Source of the DNA: Diadema antillarum
Taxonomy: Eukaryota
Reading direction: 5' to 3'
Assembly: GCF_040938485.1 (NCBI RefSeq)
Contig: NW_027271335.1
Coordinates: 620,001-684,000 of the forward strand
DNA: 64,000 nucleotides
Below, in pieces: positions 11,837 through 23,783 of this stretch (position 1 is the first letter of the stretch; each line of letters opens with the position of its first letter). The notes beneath the pieces are model-generated. The model was not told the origin of the DNA. It did not search any database and worked only from the letters and a program-made list of their open reading frames with translations. Made by a program: the position numbers and the translations under genes.

Positions 11837-12099
11837 ATCATATTTCTTATACTTACTAGTGACATTTTCATACGATGTGACCATGTACATTTGTGTCAAG
11901 TATATTTTCTTTTTCTTTTTCTTCTACAATCAAAAGACATGATTGTATATATTTTGTACTCTTGTTTTGTTGTCAATAATTTTGTAATGTCATCATTGAG
12001 AAAATGGAAATATGAAATAAATTTGAACTGAACTGAAATGATAGGCCCATTGTTCAAACTTTTTCGGACAAGAAAAAAAAAAATCATCCGGGGAATCCC

Positions 12100-12668
12100 C
12101 GCATTGCGTAATTGCAGGCCTCAGGATACTTGCGTTCCATCGAGCGGCGTCAGCCTCGTTCTGTACTCCGTTCATATGGCATTACTCTCCAGACGCCCAT
12201 TACACATCTCAAGGGATATGGAGACTATCGCTCATAGTCTATAGAACTCCCTGCCATCTTTTCTCTGTGAAATTGACAAACTGGAACACTTCAAAGCCTC
12301 CCTCAAGACTCACATTATTCACTAGGCATTCAATTGCTACTCGATCTCTTGAAGGAGTCTGCGCCTTTGAATATTTCTGCAACAGATATACGTGTATGTC
12401 GCTACACATATACTGAGGATCATCATCATCTTGATACTTTTTTGTTTCTTAGGGTATTTGCTTCGTTTTCCTTTTTTTTCTTTGCTGCACTTTTCATAAT
12501 GTTTCGTTGCTTTTGCTGCTACCTGACACTTGTTCATTTCTTTATTATTGTATTTGCACTTTGTATGTATTTCTGCTATTTTTATATTGTTCACGGATTT
12601 GCAGAAGAACAGCTTTGCTGAAACAAATTGCCGTGATTAAATAAAATGAAATAAACTGTACTGAACTG
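12100..12668 (+). mobile_element. Degraded 3' fragment of an L2-type LINE
   Basis: Broken translation (W>*)NSLPSFLCEIDKLEHFKASLKTH resembles the L2 ORF2 C-terminus; ends in AATAAA and CTGAA-like repeats. The left boundary is approximate. Confidence 0.5.
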
Positions 12669-14595
12669 ATCATCTCTCGCTGAACATCTCTACCCCTTAC
12701 ATGTGAGTCACCTGATGCCGGCTGAAGTCAAAGCAGAACTCTGACTTCTGGTGTGTATGTTTATAGGCACATACTATAAATAGCGGGAGTAACGGAACTC
12801 AGTTTCCTCAGATCAATTACGAAAGGAGCTAGACTGCACTGCGGATTGCTAAAGCTATTAAGTAGGAGTGAACTGAAAAGTGCGTAGCTCTCTCACAAGA
12901 ACAAGTGAAAGAATGGGATTGACTCCTTTGAAACAGCAGTTATGTCAGACACGTTTTGATCACATCTTCCTAGAGAGCCCCAAGAAGAATAAGAGTAAAG
13001 ACGAACGCGGATCAAGACATAATGGAGAGATCTGCCTCACATATTTCACACCAGTACGTATAAGCAGTTGTGTCAAACCCATTGAGATACTGAATACGAA
13101 AATCAGAGTCGACTCAACTACTGTACAACATGGAGATGATCACACTAGGCCAAACGAGACACATAGAACTCGCTCAAACATTTTGACTTTAAACTTTGAT
13201 TGATGCCTTTTGGATGCCTCCGAAACGACACAAAATCAACATTAGTACACAATCTAAGGGTATATCACCGAGTAAATATTTTGCTGAAATAGTGGTCATT
13301 GATAGTCCTAAAAAAACATACAATGGGAACCTCCTCAATGATAACTTTAAAAATAGTCAATCAATCCAAATACAGTTTCAGGGTATGAAACTATAACTCA
13401 TTGCCCACATCTTACAGAAAACCCCATTCGGTTTGCTTCAGCGGTCAACGAGAAATGAGGAATTTTGTTGAGCATGTCAGGAATCTCTTCCCTCCAAGTT
13501 CTGTCTATTGTGTTCACACACAAGAACATCCAAGTGCTATACTTGGAAGAATCAGCCTCATGACATGCTTTACAACAATTCACATTTTTCTGTGACCGCT
13601 TAACCAAATTGAATAGAGTTTTCTGCAGAATAGAACTAAGATGTTACATTTTAAGACCCTGAAGAAGCAGTTAAACAGTTTAATCATATTGGATGTTATC
13701 AACGCCAAAATCTGATTGTATTTTGTCGTGTCGTCATAATAGCGGAATAATTGTATCTGCTCTCTCTGCATCCATGAAGAGACTTGAAAAGTACCATTAA
13801 TATTACACAAAGTGCTTGTGTTTCACAGGGCAAATAAAGCCCATGAATTTCTGCAATAGAAAAACAAGACCCATGAGTTTTGTGGCGAATTTCCGGGAAT
13901 CGCCTAGAAGAATGGAAAATGATTTGGCAGCCATTTCGTTTATGCAAATTAATGGGCTTGCACTATAGAATGACGTTTTATAGGGAACCGTTTTTTTTTT
14001 TTAACTCTACATACATTATGCAACTAAGAAAAAAGTAGTATTTTACTCTAAAATTTCCCTAGCAGTCACATTATTCAAACATCCCATTAGACCAAAATAA
14101 TCATAGCCGTAGATTTTTTCTTTGTTTTTCGGGGGTTGAGAGGGCAAGGATACCTGTATAAAAGGTCGAAGAGTTAACACGCAATCGAGGCAAGCAATGT
14201 TGTCTGTAATCATAGGATCACTATCCCCTCGAGCAAGATGAAAAACACTCTGTCCCTCGGATAGGACATAAATAGAGATCCCGTGTATGAGAGAGGCACA
14301 ACTCATGCACGCAAAAGATCCCGCTTCATTCATTCATCGCAAAGAACAGGGTGTTTAACCCAGTAAAGTGGTTCCACCTCACATCCAACTGGACACCAAG
14401 GAAGACCAGCTTAGTGTAGCTGAATATGGGCTATTCAGCCATCTTCTCAGAAGGAAATGAACAAACAAACAAACAGGCTGCTTTAAATAGCATTTTGGGA
14501 ATTGAAGTGTAAAGGTCTGGTGCATACTTTTAGTAAATTTTGTTAATTTGTATATATACATATATACACTGTATGTGTATATATATGTACATATA

Positions 14596-14599
<4 letters not shown>

Positions 14600-14631
<32 letters not shown>
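14600..14631. repeat. (TA)n microsatellite within a TA-rich tract (about 14540-14631)
   Basis: 16 perfect TA units read directly. Confidence 0.95.
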
Positions 14632-14634
<3 letters not shown>

Positions 14635-15069
14635 TCAGCAAAAAAAAAAGTAAACACTTTTTCAAGATTATATTTCTCATAGATTATTTGGCTAAAAGTT
14701 GATGTATTATATACCATATCAAAGATAATTTAATTGGCTATCAACTTGGTATGTCAACAAAAAAGGAAAACTTTATACATGAGTGAACACCTTTGTTTTT
14801 CTCTTCCAGGGCACAAAAGTAAAAATTGCAAAACTGAGCAAGTTGTCATTCATGCGTAGGTGCTCTTCCTTATAACAATAAGAATAAACAACACATTTAA
14901 CACAAAACAAAACACGAATTAAGTTGTAAAGTAAACCTATGATCTCTATGATATCTTTTAAGCCCAAAAGATCAAGGAAGGCTAAAAATGATGGAGGAAA
15001 ATGAAGAATATTCGGTCAAATCGAGATTCAAATGAAACATGTAACACTTTCTTTTTGCACGACCCTCTG
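14632..15069. mobile_element. Possible Tc1/mariner-like terminal fragments (two non-matching ends)
   Basis: TA|CACTCAGCAAAAAAAAAAGTAAACAC at 14632 and ...TTTTTGCACGACCCTCTG|TA at 15069 both look like Tc1 termini next to TA, but are not reverse complements of each other. Confidence 0.3.
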
Positions 15070-16191
15070 TATTTCAACTCCCACCCTATCAACTTTGTGT
15101 CAAACTATAATGTATTGTAGATCATATTCTATCAGTAAAATTGCTAACTTTGAGTAAAAGGTAGCATTGCTTATCACATTCTATCATATTATTCTAATCA
15201 TTTTGATCGAAATAAGGCTGAATATTTGACACACTGTATATAGTTGTTTCATTAAGCCGTTTTGACATCCTCACACTTGTCAAAATCGCAGAGAGTGAAA
15301 GTATTCAAACACTAATGAAGACTATAGTATCCCATCGTTTACGTGAAGTAGCCTAAACTCTTTAATCATGTTGCCATATCACTTTGTCTTCAAGCAATCA
15401 AGGAACGCGCAGTTTGCTGTTTTCAACATTGGATATAGTCAATATAACATTCGGTAGATCGTTCTTCATGCAACACCTTATTTCTACGAATGTTCTTAAG
15501 TAAGTGAGAAAAATCAATTTGATGTACGTACCACAGCACCACTGGCGCCATTGTTTATATCAACGTATCATTCATTTCGTGTTAGTAGGCCTACTGACTC
15601 ACCGCAACTTAGATCCATAATACACGTTCTTTTGATGCATGGGTACAACAACGGCTGTAACGCAAATAACCGCCACCTGAATACGATCTGAATGCACTGT
15701 GCTATGCACGTCTGCCTAAATACCTCGATATCTGCTATGATATCATATAAAACATGAACGATCAAAGTACAGCAACACGTGGCAGATAAATGGGCTATAA
15801 GTGTCGGAAGTCTGCACCCTTGAACAAAGTAACAATCCGGAAAATTCTGTCATTGCTCAATTTCTGGCTGAACAGTCCCTTTTCACTCAGTTACCAGTCT
15901 ACAAAGCCAGACCAGCCAAGCCAATTCAAAGTGCACCAAAGTCGTCCATTTCGTACCTAAAAGGGCTGCTCTTGGGTGCAAACTTTCTTTGCTTGTGGAT
16001 TGTCATTTGGGAATCTCAGTAAGCATTTTACCGCTCTGGAAAGCAAAGGATTAAGCGACGAGTGTCACAAAAGAATGGATGACAAAGTCATTTCTGTTAA
16101 AGTCTTTCTGTCATGCTTTTTGTTTTTAAACTTGAAAAAGCATTCAAATATCCCCGCTCCCTGAGACGTATTCGCAAGAGCAGGTGTGTAG

Positions 16192-17351
16192 GACCCCGTT
16201 TACAGTGCGGGCCCGGCCTCAATTGTGCGGCCGAGCCCCGCAATTTTGTCCGTTTACACTGCTGGGCTCGGCCGCGCTTTTAATCAAAACCTTTCAATAT
16301 TTTGTCGTAGTGGCGCTCTGCTTGTAAACAAACCCAATTTGGTATTGTCTGGTTTTCACACCCTTTGCCAACTGAATACCGCGGCGACGAATTCGCCGTT
16401 CGGGCAAAGGCCTTTGTCGAAGGAAAAAATCCTTTGCAGGACAAAACCACCTTAAACTATACTAGTTTTCGACGTTGAGGGGGTTAATATCCTGATAAGT
16501 GAAATAGTACAGGCAGAGGGTTTGGAAGCCAGACTAAAATTGGCCGCGCATTTGGCCCAGTTTGCGTTTACACTTAGACCCCGTTTACAGTGCGAGGCTC
16601 GGCCGCGGCCGAGCCGCGGCCGTGCCCAGCCCCGCTTCAGTGTAAACGCGCAAAAGGCCAAATGCGAGGCCAAAATTGGCCTCGCATTTGGCCTCGCTCT
16701 GGAGGTGGTCTCGGCCGCGGCCGAGCCGCGGCCGAGCCCGGCCTTTTCTTGGTGTAAACGCAAGCTGGGCCAAATGCGCGGCCAATTGCGCGGCCAATTT
16801 TAGTCTGGCTTCCAAACCCTCTGCCTGTATCTTTCGCTATTCAGGATATTAACCCCCTCAACGTCGAAAACTAGTATAGTTTAAGGTGGTTTTGTCCTGC
16901 AAAGGATTCTTTCCTTCGGCAAAGGCCTTTGCCCGAACGGCGACTTCGTCGCCACGGAATTCAATTGGCAAAGGGTCTGAAAACCAGACAATACCAAATT
17001 GCATTTGTTTACAAGCAGAGCGCCACTACGACAAAATATTGAAAGGTTTGAATCAAAAGCGCGGCCGAGCCCGGCAGTGTAAACGGACAAATTGCGGAGC
17101 CCGGCCTCGCAATTGAGGCTGGGCTCGGCCGCGGCTCGGCCGCGGCTCGGCCCAGCCCCGCACTGTAAACGGGGTCTGAGAAAAGGCCGGGCTCGGCCGC
17201 GGCTCGGCCGCGGCCGAGACCACCTCCAGAGCGAGGCCAAATGCGAGGCCAATTTTGGCCTCGCATTTGGCCTTTTGCGCGTTTACACTGAAGCGGGGCT
17301 GGGCCAGGCCGCGGCTCGGCCGCGGCCGAGCCTCGCACTGTAAACGGGGTC
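16192..17351 (+). mobile_element. PIF/Harbinger-like MITE (outer copy, split by a second copy)
   Basis: Termini GACCCCGTTTACAGTGCG / CGCACTGTAAACGGGGTC; internal GTTTACAC motifs and GGCCGAGCCGC repeats. Pieces 16192-16576 and 17180-17351. Confidence 0.75.
16577..17176 (-). mobile_element. 600-bp copy of the same MITE inserted in opposite orientation
   Basis: Same terminal inverted repeats; flanked by TTA (16574-16576) and TGA (17177-17179), consistent with a 3-bp TWA-type target duplication with one mismatch. Confidence 0.75.
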
Positions 17352-17637
17352 CGAGGCGAGATTTTCCCCAGGATAGCCCCTACAACAGAATACATATCAG
17401 AATACATATAAGTCGTTCGTGTCGAGTACCGGTACAAAGCCCCATCTTTTCAACATTTGCAGGCTTCATTATGTCGTTTTTATTGTAATTACTGTTCGCC
17501 TTCACTAATTGTTAAAGATGAGAGGTACTCAGTGGTTAAAGCATGACATGCTCTACCGGTAAAGACTGCCTCTTTTGAGAGATTTCAGTCGCCTACCGTT
17601 TTTTAAAGAAATCTACTGTTTTTTGCTAATCTGTCAC

Positions 17638-18068
17638 CTAACCAAATAATTAAGCAAACTGAGATGAAATACAAGTCAATACACTGTCCGTGTCTAATAC
17701 AGTCAATCCTGTCTTATATTACCACTGTCTATATTTAACGACCACAGATAATTTCCCCACAACCAACTTATGAACTAAAACGCCTGTGTATAGCAACCGC
17801 CTATTTTGTCGCCCAACATGAGGGATAACCAAACTAATTAAGTAAACTGAGATGAAATACAAGTCAATACACTGTCCGTGTCTAATACAGTCAATCTTGT
17901 CTTATATTACCACCTGTCTATATTTAACGACCACAGATAATTTCCCCACGACCAGCTTATGAACTAAAACGCCTGTGTATAGCAACCGCCTATTTTGTCG
18001 CCCAACATGAGGGATAACCAAATAATTAAGTAAACTGAGATGAAATACACGTCAATACACTATCCGTG
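17638..18068. repeat. 188-bp tandem repeat, about 2.3 copies
   Basis: GAGATGAAATAC recurs at 17661, 17849 and 18037 with matching sequence in between. Confidence 0.9.
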
Positions 18069-18299
18069 TAACTCACTTTCGTCGTATTGTCTTCAGAATG
18101 TAAATGTAGTGTGTATCATGCTGTATTGCTTTATGTTTTGTTCTTGCATCGGTATATGTGTTCATCTCATTTTTTTTTTTATAAATATGAAATAATTTAC
18201 CACCCATGCATTTTTTTAAATTGATTTTCTGGGTCGGCCAGATTTTAAGGAAACTTAATTCCTCGTTGGCTGCTTCCCTTCAGCTTTATAAAGTTATGT

Positions 18300-18396
18300 T
18301 TTTTTTTCTCTGTGTCTGTCATGACTGTTCATCAATGTCTTTCTCTGTTGTTTTTATGCTGAATAAATAAATTCAATTCAATTCAATTCAATTCAA
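18300..18396 (+). mobile_element. 3' tip of a LINE/SINE: AATAAA + (ATTCA)5 tail
   Basis: AATAAA at 18362, five ATTCA units 18371-18395, T-rich UTR-like sequence upstream. Confidence 0.45.
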
Positions 18397-19039
18397 TAAC
18401 ATTGCTGCAACAACAGCCTGCATCAGTGACATAGCTGTGAACAGTCATTCTTATATCCCCGTCACAGAATAGTATTATATATAGCACGAATCAAGCAGAA
18501 GTGACTCGAATGAAAGATTTTCAAAATTCGTGCCACATTCGGGAAAGAATTTAAAATTCCTACAGTTTGTTGAGAATTGTTGTTCTAATACTTGGAACAG
18601 CTTTGTATCGAATCATTCTAATGTGATATTCCGTTTAGCTCTCGAGTGTGGTTCGAATGTAGTTGGAACACAATAGGAATATTAAGAATGCTATTAAAAT
18701 GCAGTCAGAATATTTCAAAAGCACTTCGAATGCCGTACGAATGCCGACCGATTGTAGCTGCTCGAAGTCTGGTTAGCAGGTCTGAAAGCGTCCCGAATGA
18801 AGTACATTGTACAAATTTATCTCGAATGCAGTCAAAAGGCTCCGGGAATAGCTAATAAACATGATTTGAATGTTCAAGAATTCAAACAGAATGCAACGCG
18901 AATATTTAGAATGTACTCATAATGTAAAACGAATATTCCATGATGTGCATCAAGAATCCCGCCGGAATGGTCTGCGATAAGGTTTCAAGTACTGGTGAAT
19001 CGAGCATTTTCATGAGTCTCAGCCCAGCCATGATAGAGT

Positions 19040-19395
19040 ATGGACCGTTTGGACCATGTTGCTTTGCTGCAGATTGCTGTCCTGAGCACGACCTACTTGA
19101 TAGAGAGACGTAGAGAAGGCAAAGAGAAGGAACAGATGGAGAAGACCCTGAAAATATCGCACTCAACCATGGCCGCCAGAGGAGAGCAGGAGGCTGTAGA
19201 GACATTATCCCAGGCTAACGGAGAAGCTTAGAGTTGAAATCCTAAGCCCTTCTTTAAAAACTTCAGGATGGAGCCTGTTATGTTCGATGAGTGGGGCCAA
19301 GGATACAGAAGCAGGAATAATAGATGAGGAACGCACTAACTCCGGGCTTTAAGCTGGCCATCACGGCGCAGTTCCTGGCTTCAGGTGACAATTCA
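19040..19395 (+). pseudogene. PIF/Harbinger (HARBI1-like) transposase N-terminal relic
   Basis: FRMEPVMFDE then VGPRIQKQE**MRNALTPGFKLAITAQFLASGDN matches the Harbinger RM..MFDEL..VGPRI.KQDT..R.A..PG.KLAITLRFLA.GD motif as I recall it. GAATG-rich tract upstream (about 18600-18970). Confidence 0.7.
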
Positions 19396-19420
19396 ATTTC
19401 AATATCAATTCTATTTTGGA

Positions 19421-19477
19421 GTCAAAAGGGGCCTGAGCTTTCGATCCTAGCAGAATCTTCGTCAGAGGCAAAATGAC
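19421..19477 (-). ncRNA. Minimal type I hammerhead ribozyme, copy 1
   Basis: Minus strand GCCU-CUGACGA-A-GAUUC-UGCUA-GGAUC-GAA-AGCU-C^AGGC: stem I 4 bp, stem II 5 bp, palindromic AGCU stem III. Cleavage predicted between 19435 and 19434. Confidence 0.8.
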
Positions 19478-19734
19478 AAACAAGCAGGGAAAGCAATCAC
19501 ATATAAGGACTTCACACAACAGGAACAGAAGTGGGAGTGAAAGAGGGCTAGGAAGGAGACTGAACTGGAACAAAGCAATAAAACAGTTAAAACAATTAAA
19601 ACAGAACAGAGAAGACAAAGAGGATAAGGAGGATCACGTGGGCGTGATGCAACAGCAGAAAATGAACTAAATGTGGCAAAAAAACTGCTGAAAACTGCCT
19701 ATCCAATAAAGGCGAGCCAATGGAGTAAAATGGA

Positions 19735-19791
19735 GTCAAAAGGGGCCTGAGCTTTCGATCCTAGCAGAATCTTCGTCAGAGGCAAAATGAC
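19735..19791 (-). ncRNA. Minimal type I hammerhead ribozyme, copy 2
   Basis: Identical core to copy 1. Cleavage predicted between 19749 and 19748. Confidence 0.8.
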
Positions 19792-20111
19792 AAGCAGGGA
19801 AAGCAATCACATAATAAGGACTTCAATCATAATACGTATAAGGACTTCAATTTTATTTTCGTATTTCTCGATGCAAAATACTTAAAATATAAGAATATAT
19901 TATAATAATAGAGAATGTCCAGCTTGGATATAATACCCAAAAAATACAAAATAGCGGTCGATGTGTCTTTATCAGAGTAAAAGAATGCTATTTTGAATAT
20001 CAGTATTCATGCTTATGACAAACTGTTCTCTTTATGTTTGTGCCTACTTAGATCGTATTAATGTTATGTATAGGACGATCCTATTTTCCTTTGTAGACAA
20101 CGTTATATTAA

Positions 20112-23100
20112 GAGACAACGATAAAATGTGTAACTGCAATATTGCAACAATCTCCACAGTCAAATTGTTCTATACTGCCCTCTACAGGTGCCCTCGTGGA
20201 CTCAAGCAACGGACAACACGCTCACCCTTTCATACGCAATTCTATAGACACAGCATTCAATTCAATTAATGATGATGACTTTTTTGATTTGGCAGGACCT
20301 TCTTTTGAACAAAACGAATCAAATATCAATCAAAATGACATTTTTTTTGATAATTATGTTTCTGACAGTTTTAATTCATCGCCGCAAGAATTAGACTATG
20401 ATTTTGACACAGAGAACCAATTGCAAAGTCCGTCTTCTGAATATCTTACTCAATCCCAATTTACCAATGTTGTCAAGGAATATGATAGTACTACTTTTTC
20501 TCTTTTACATTTTAATATTAGAAGTATTAATAAGCATTTTGAAGAATTGAGGTTATTTTTAAATAGTCCCATCATGCATAATATCTCGGCGGTAGGTTTA
20601 ACCGAAACCTGGCTCTCTCATGACTCCAGTCTTCCCTTCGCTCTCGACGGGTACGATTTAGTGGTTAATAACAGACAAAATAGGGTAGGTGGAGGCGTTG
20701 CCATATATGTTAAACAAAATTATGATTATGTAGTCCGCGATGAGTTCACCAGTATGACTGATTTTTTTGAGTCTTTATTTATTGAAATCACAGTTCCAGG
20801 CAGCAAAAATATAATCATAGGTGTAGTATATAGACCACCAAACGCGAATACTAAATCATTTTTAGATTATTTTTCGGATCTGGTTAAAAACCCACTTTTT
20901 ATCAACAAAAATTGTTTTATAATGGGTGATTTTAATATAGATTTGCTAAAACAGAATAATATGTCGCAAGATTTTTTGGAAATATTTTTGTCTGCCTCTT
21001 TTTTACCCTTAATATCTAAACCCACACGTATAGTTAATGAATCTGTTTCTTTAATTGATAACATTTTTTGTAACATTCTTCCTCCTCCTGATTCTTTTAT
21101 AGTACTCTCAGATATCACCGATCATTTCCCCATCTCGACTGGTTTTTCTTTAAATGGAACAGTTAATAATAAAAACAACAATATATTTAAACGAAGAATT
21201 ACTCATGAAAGTATAGCCAGGCTAGGTGCTAGCTTAGACACCGCAGACTGGTCCTGTATCTTTGATACAGATGATGTTAATTTGTCTTATGAATATTTTA
21301 TGAAGATTTTTATCCAACATTTGGACATTTGTATTCCAAAACGTAGAGAAAAATCAGCTAATTACAAAAAAAATACCCAGGCTCCCATGGATTTCAAAAT
21401 CGCTCCTGCGTTCAATAAATAGAAAGAATAATTTATATTACAGATTTAAAATGAAACGTACTGAGCAATCAAAGTTGAAATACACTAGTTATAAAAATAC
21501 TTTGACGAAAATTATACGAATAGAAAAGAAAAAATATTATACTAATCAGTTACAATTTTACAGGCATGATATGCAAAATACATGGAAAGTTTTAAAGCAA
21601 GCCATGAATATATCAAATGTTAAGTCAAATATTACAAAAATTAGATTTGATGGTGAAATTCTTGAAGATTCTCAACAAATTTGTGATGTTTTGAATAACC
21701 ATTTTTCTTCAATTGGGGAAAGCCTGGCAAGTAATATTCCTCCCTCCACAAAACATTTTTCCGAATTTTTGGGTCCCCCAAATTCTAGTTCAATATTTTT
21801 TAATCCAACATACACTCAGGAGATAATTAATATTGTCTCTGATTTCAGTTCCAAAAAAAGTGCTGGACACGATGACATCAGCAATTTTCTTTTAAAGGGG
21901 GTAATATCGTCAATTGCGGATCCCTTAGCTCATATATTTAATCTATCCCTTTTTAATGGCACCTTCCCCGAAAGTATGAAAATAGCAAAAGTCATCCCCT
22001 TGTTTAAAAAAGGTGACAAATTAGATGTAAATAATTACCGACCAATTTCTTTGTTAAGTGCATTGTCAAAAATTCTTGAAAAAATTATTTATAAAAGAAC
22101 TATTAATTTCTTTAAATTTAATCATATATTTACGAATTCTCAATTTGGATTTAGGGAGAAACATAGCACCACACATGCATTATTGAGTTTTATAGAAAAA
22201 GTGGCACATGCTATCGATAAATCTTCTCATTTGATAGGTTTGTTCCTGGACTTCTCCAAGGCCTTCGACACCATCAATCATGATATTTTACTTAACAAAT
22301 TACACCATTATGGAGTTCGTGGGAAGGCCTTGGAGTGGTTCAGGAGCTACCTCATGAACAGGAAACAATATGTTTCTTTAAATGGTTGTAATTCACAAAT
22401 ATTAAATATTAAATGTGGGGTGCCACAGGGAAGTTTATTAGGTCCACTGTTGTTTACTGTTTACATAAATGATTTTTGTAGATCATCAGATGTTCTTTCT
22501 TTTATTCTTTTTGCAGACGACTCAAATCTATTTTTTTCACACAATAATCTTTTTACCCTTGTTAATACAATAAATTTAGAATTAGAAAATGTTGCCCAGT
22601 GGATAAAAGCAAATAAGCTATCTCTTAACCTTCAAAAAACAAAATATATGCTCTTTAGTAATTCTACTGAGGCATTACCTGTTGATATTGTTTTAGATGG
22701 TACTCCACTCGAAAATGTCTCCCATATAAAATTTCTTGGAGTAACAGTTGACAATAAGCTGTCCTGGAAATTTCATATTGACAGTATATGTAAAATTATT
22801 TCACGTAATATTGGTATAATTAATAAGCTTAAGTTTTGTTTTCCTTTGTCGTCCCTGCTCGTATTATATTCATCCTTAATATTGCCACATTTAAGTTACG
22901 GTATTCTCGCGTGGGGAAATACATATAAAACATTCTTAGATAAATTACTTTTATTGCAAAAGAAATCACTCCGTGTTATATGTCATACTGCATTTTTGTC
23001 CCATACTGACCCACTATTTTATGAGCATAAAATATTGAAAATTAATGATTTGTATTTGTTTAATCTAGGACAATTTATGTATAATTATAATAAAAATAAT

Positions 23101-23346
23101 CTCCCAAATATATTTGAAACAATGTTTCAAAGAAATCAATCCATTCATAATTATCCAACACGGCGATCAAATGATTTCCATTTGCCATTTCTGAGAACTT
23201 TGTTGGCTCAAAACACATTTATTTACGACGGGCCAAAGTACTGGAATTCACTTCCCAGTAACATTACTACTGCTCAATCTCTGAATTTCTTTAAGAATAA
23301 ATTAAAACCATTTTTATTGAAACTTTACAACATCCAACAGAGTTAG
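20112..23346 (+). pseudogene. LINE B ORF2 (AP endonuclease + RT) with a single frameshift
   Basis: HFNIRSI, GLTETWL, VYRPP, MGDFNID, SDITDHFPI; FLDFSKAFDTINH, GVPQGSLLGP, FADDS. One extra A in the A-run near 21365-21373 breaks NYKKIPRLPWISKSLLRSIN. Confidence 0.93.
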
Positions 23347-23739
23347 TTTCCCTTTATCATCTCAGTCAAGTCATCATTTTTTTTTTTTTTTTTACATAAG
23401 TCCTCCTATTAAACTATGTCCCTCTCTGTGTTCTAAATATAACGATGTGGTTTTTTTTTCTCCTGCATTCTTACCAACATAACTACGTATAAAAAATGTT
23501 TTGCATTACATTCAATCCAGCTTGTATTTTATCACTTATTTTACATTATGAAATCCAGATTGCTTGCGTCCACGATGGCACATGCTGTAGTTCCCTCTTT
23601 TTTCTCCCTTTTTTTCCTCTCTTTTTTTCCTCTTCTTTTTCCTTTCCTTTTCTCTCTTTTTCCTCTTCCCAATCATTTTGATGTCAGTTGACATCGGTTC
23701 GTTTATTGTGTTTTATATTGATGTTTTGTGTATTTTTCT

Positions 23740-23783
23740 GAGGGTCCCATATCGTACAAGCTTTGCTTCTTAGTGGGACCCTC
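23740..23783 (+). other. 3' UTR stem-loop of LINE B
   Basis: Perfect 10-bp stem GAGGGTCCCA/TGGGACCCTC, 24-nt loop containing AAGC-TTT-GCTT. Confidence 0.7.

Larger units (their letters stand above)
7254..12037 (+). mobile_element. CR1/L2-group LINE (non-LTR retrotransposon) A, near full length, decayed
   Basis: ORF1 + APE-RT ORF2, 3' UTR stem-loop, AATAAA at 12016 followed by TGAAC-type short repeats. The 5' boundary is approximate. Confidence 0.88.
19390..19830 (-). mobile_element. Penelope-like pseudo-LTR or non-autonomous retrozyme-like segment with two hammerheads
   Basis: Direct repeat of about 95 bp with a 314-bp offset, each copy containing a hammerhead core; ATTGA-like tail at the minus-strand 3' end. 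Confidence 0.6.

Noticed and set aside
12700-16160. Short ORFs as host gene exons
   Set aside because: No recognisable domains or consistent splice and frame pattern; lengths are as expected by chance. Cannot be excluded without RNA data.
16225-17488. Ala/Arg/Pro-rich ORFs on both strands
   Set aside because: By-products of the GC-rich palindromic MITE.
18062-18105. Minus-strand CUGAAGA...GAAA hammerhead-like core
   Set aside because: Stem II cannot pair and there is no UH plus stem I; at best a decayed relic.
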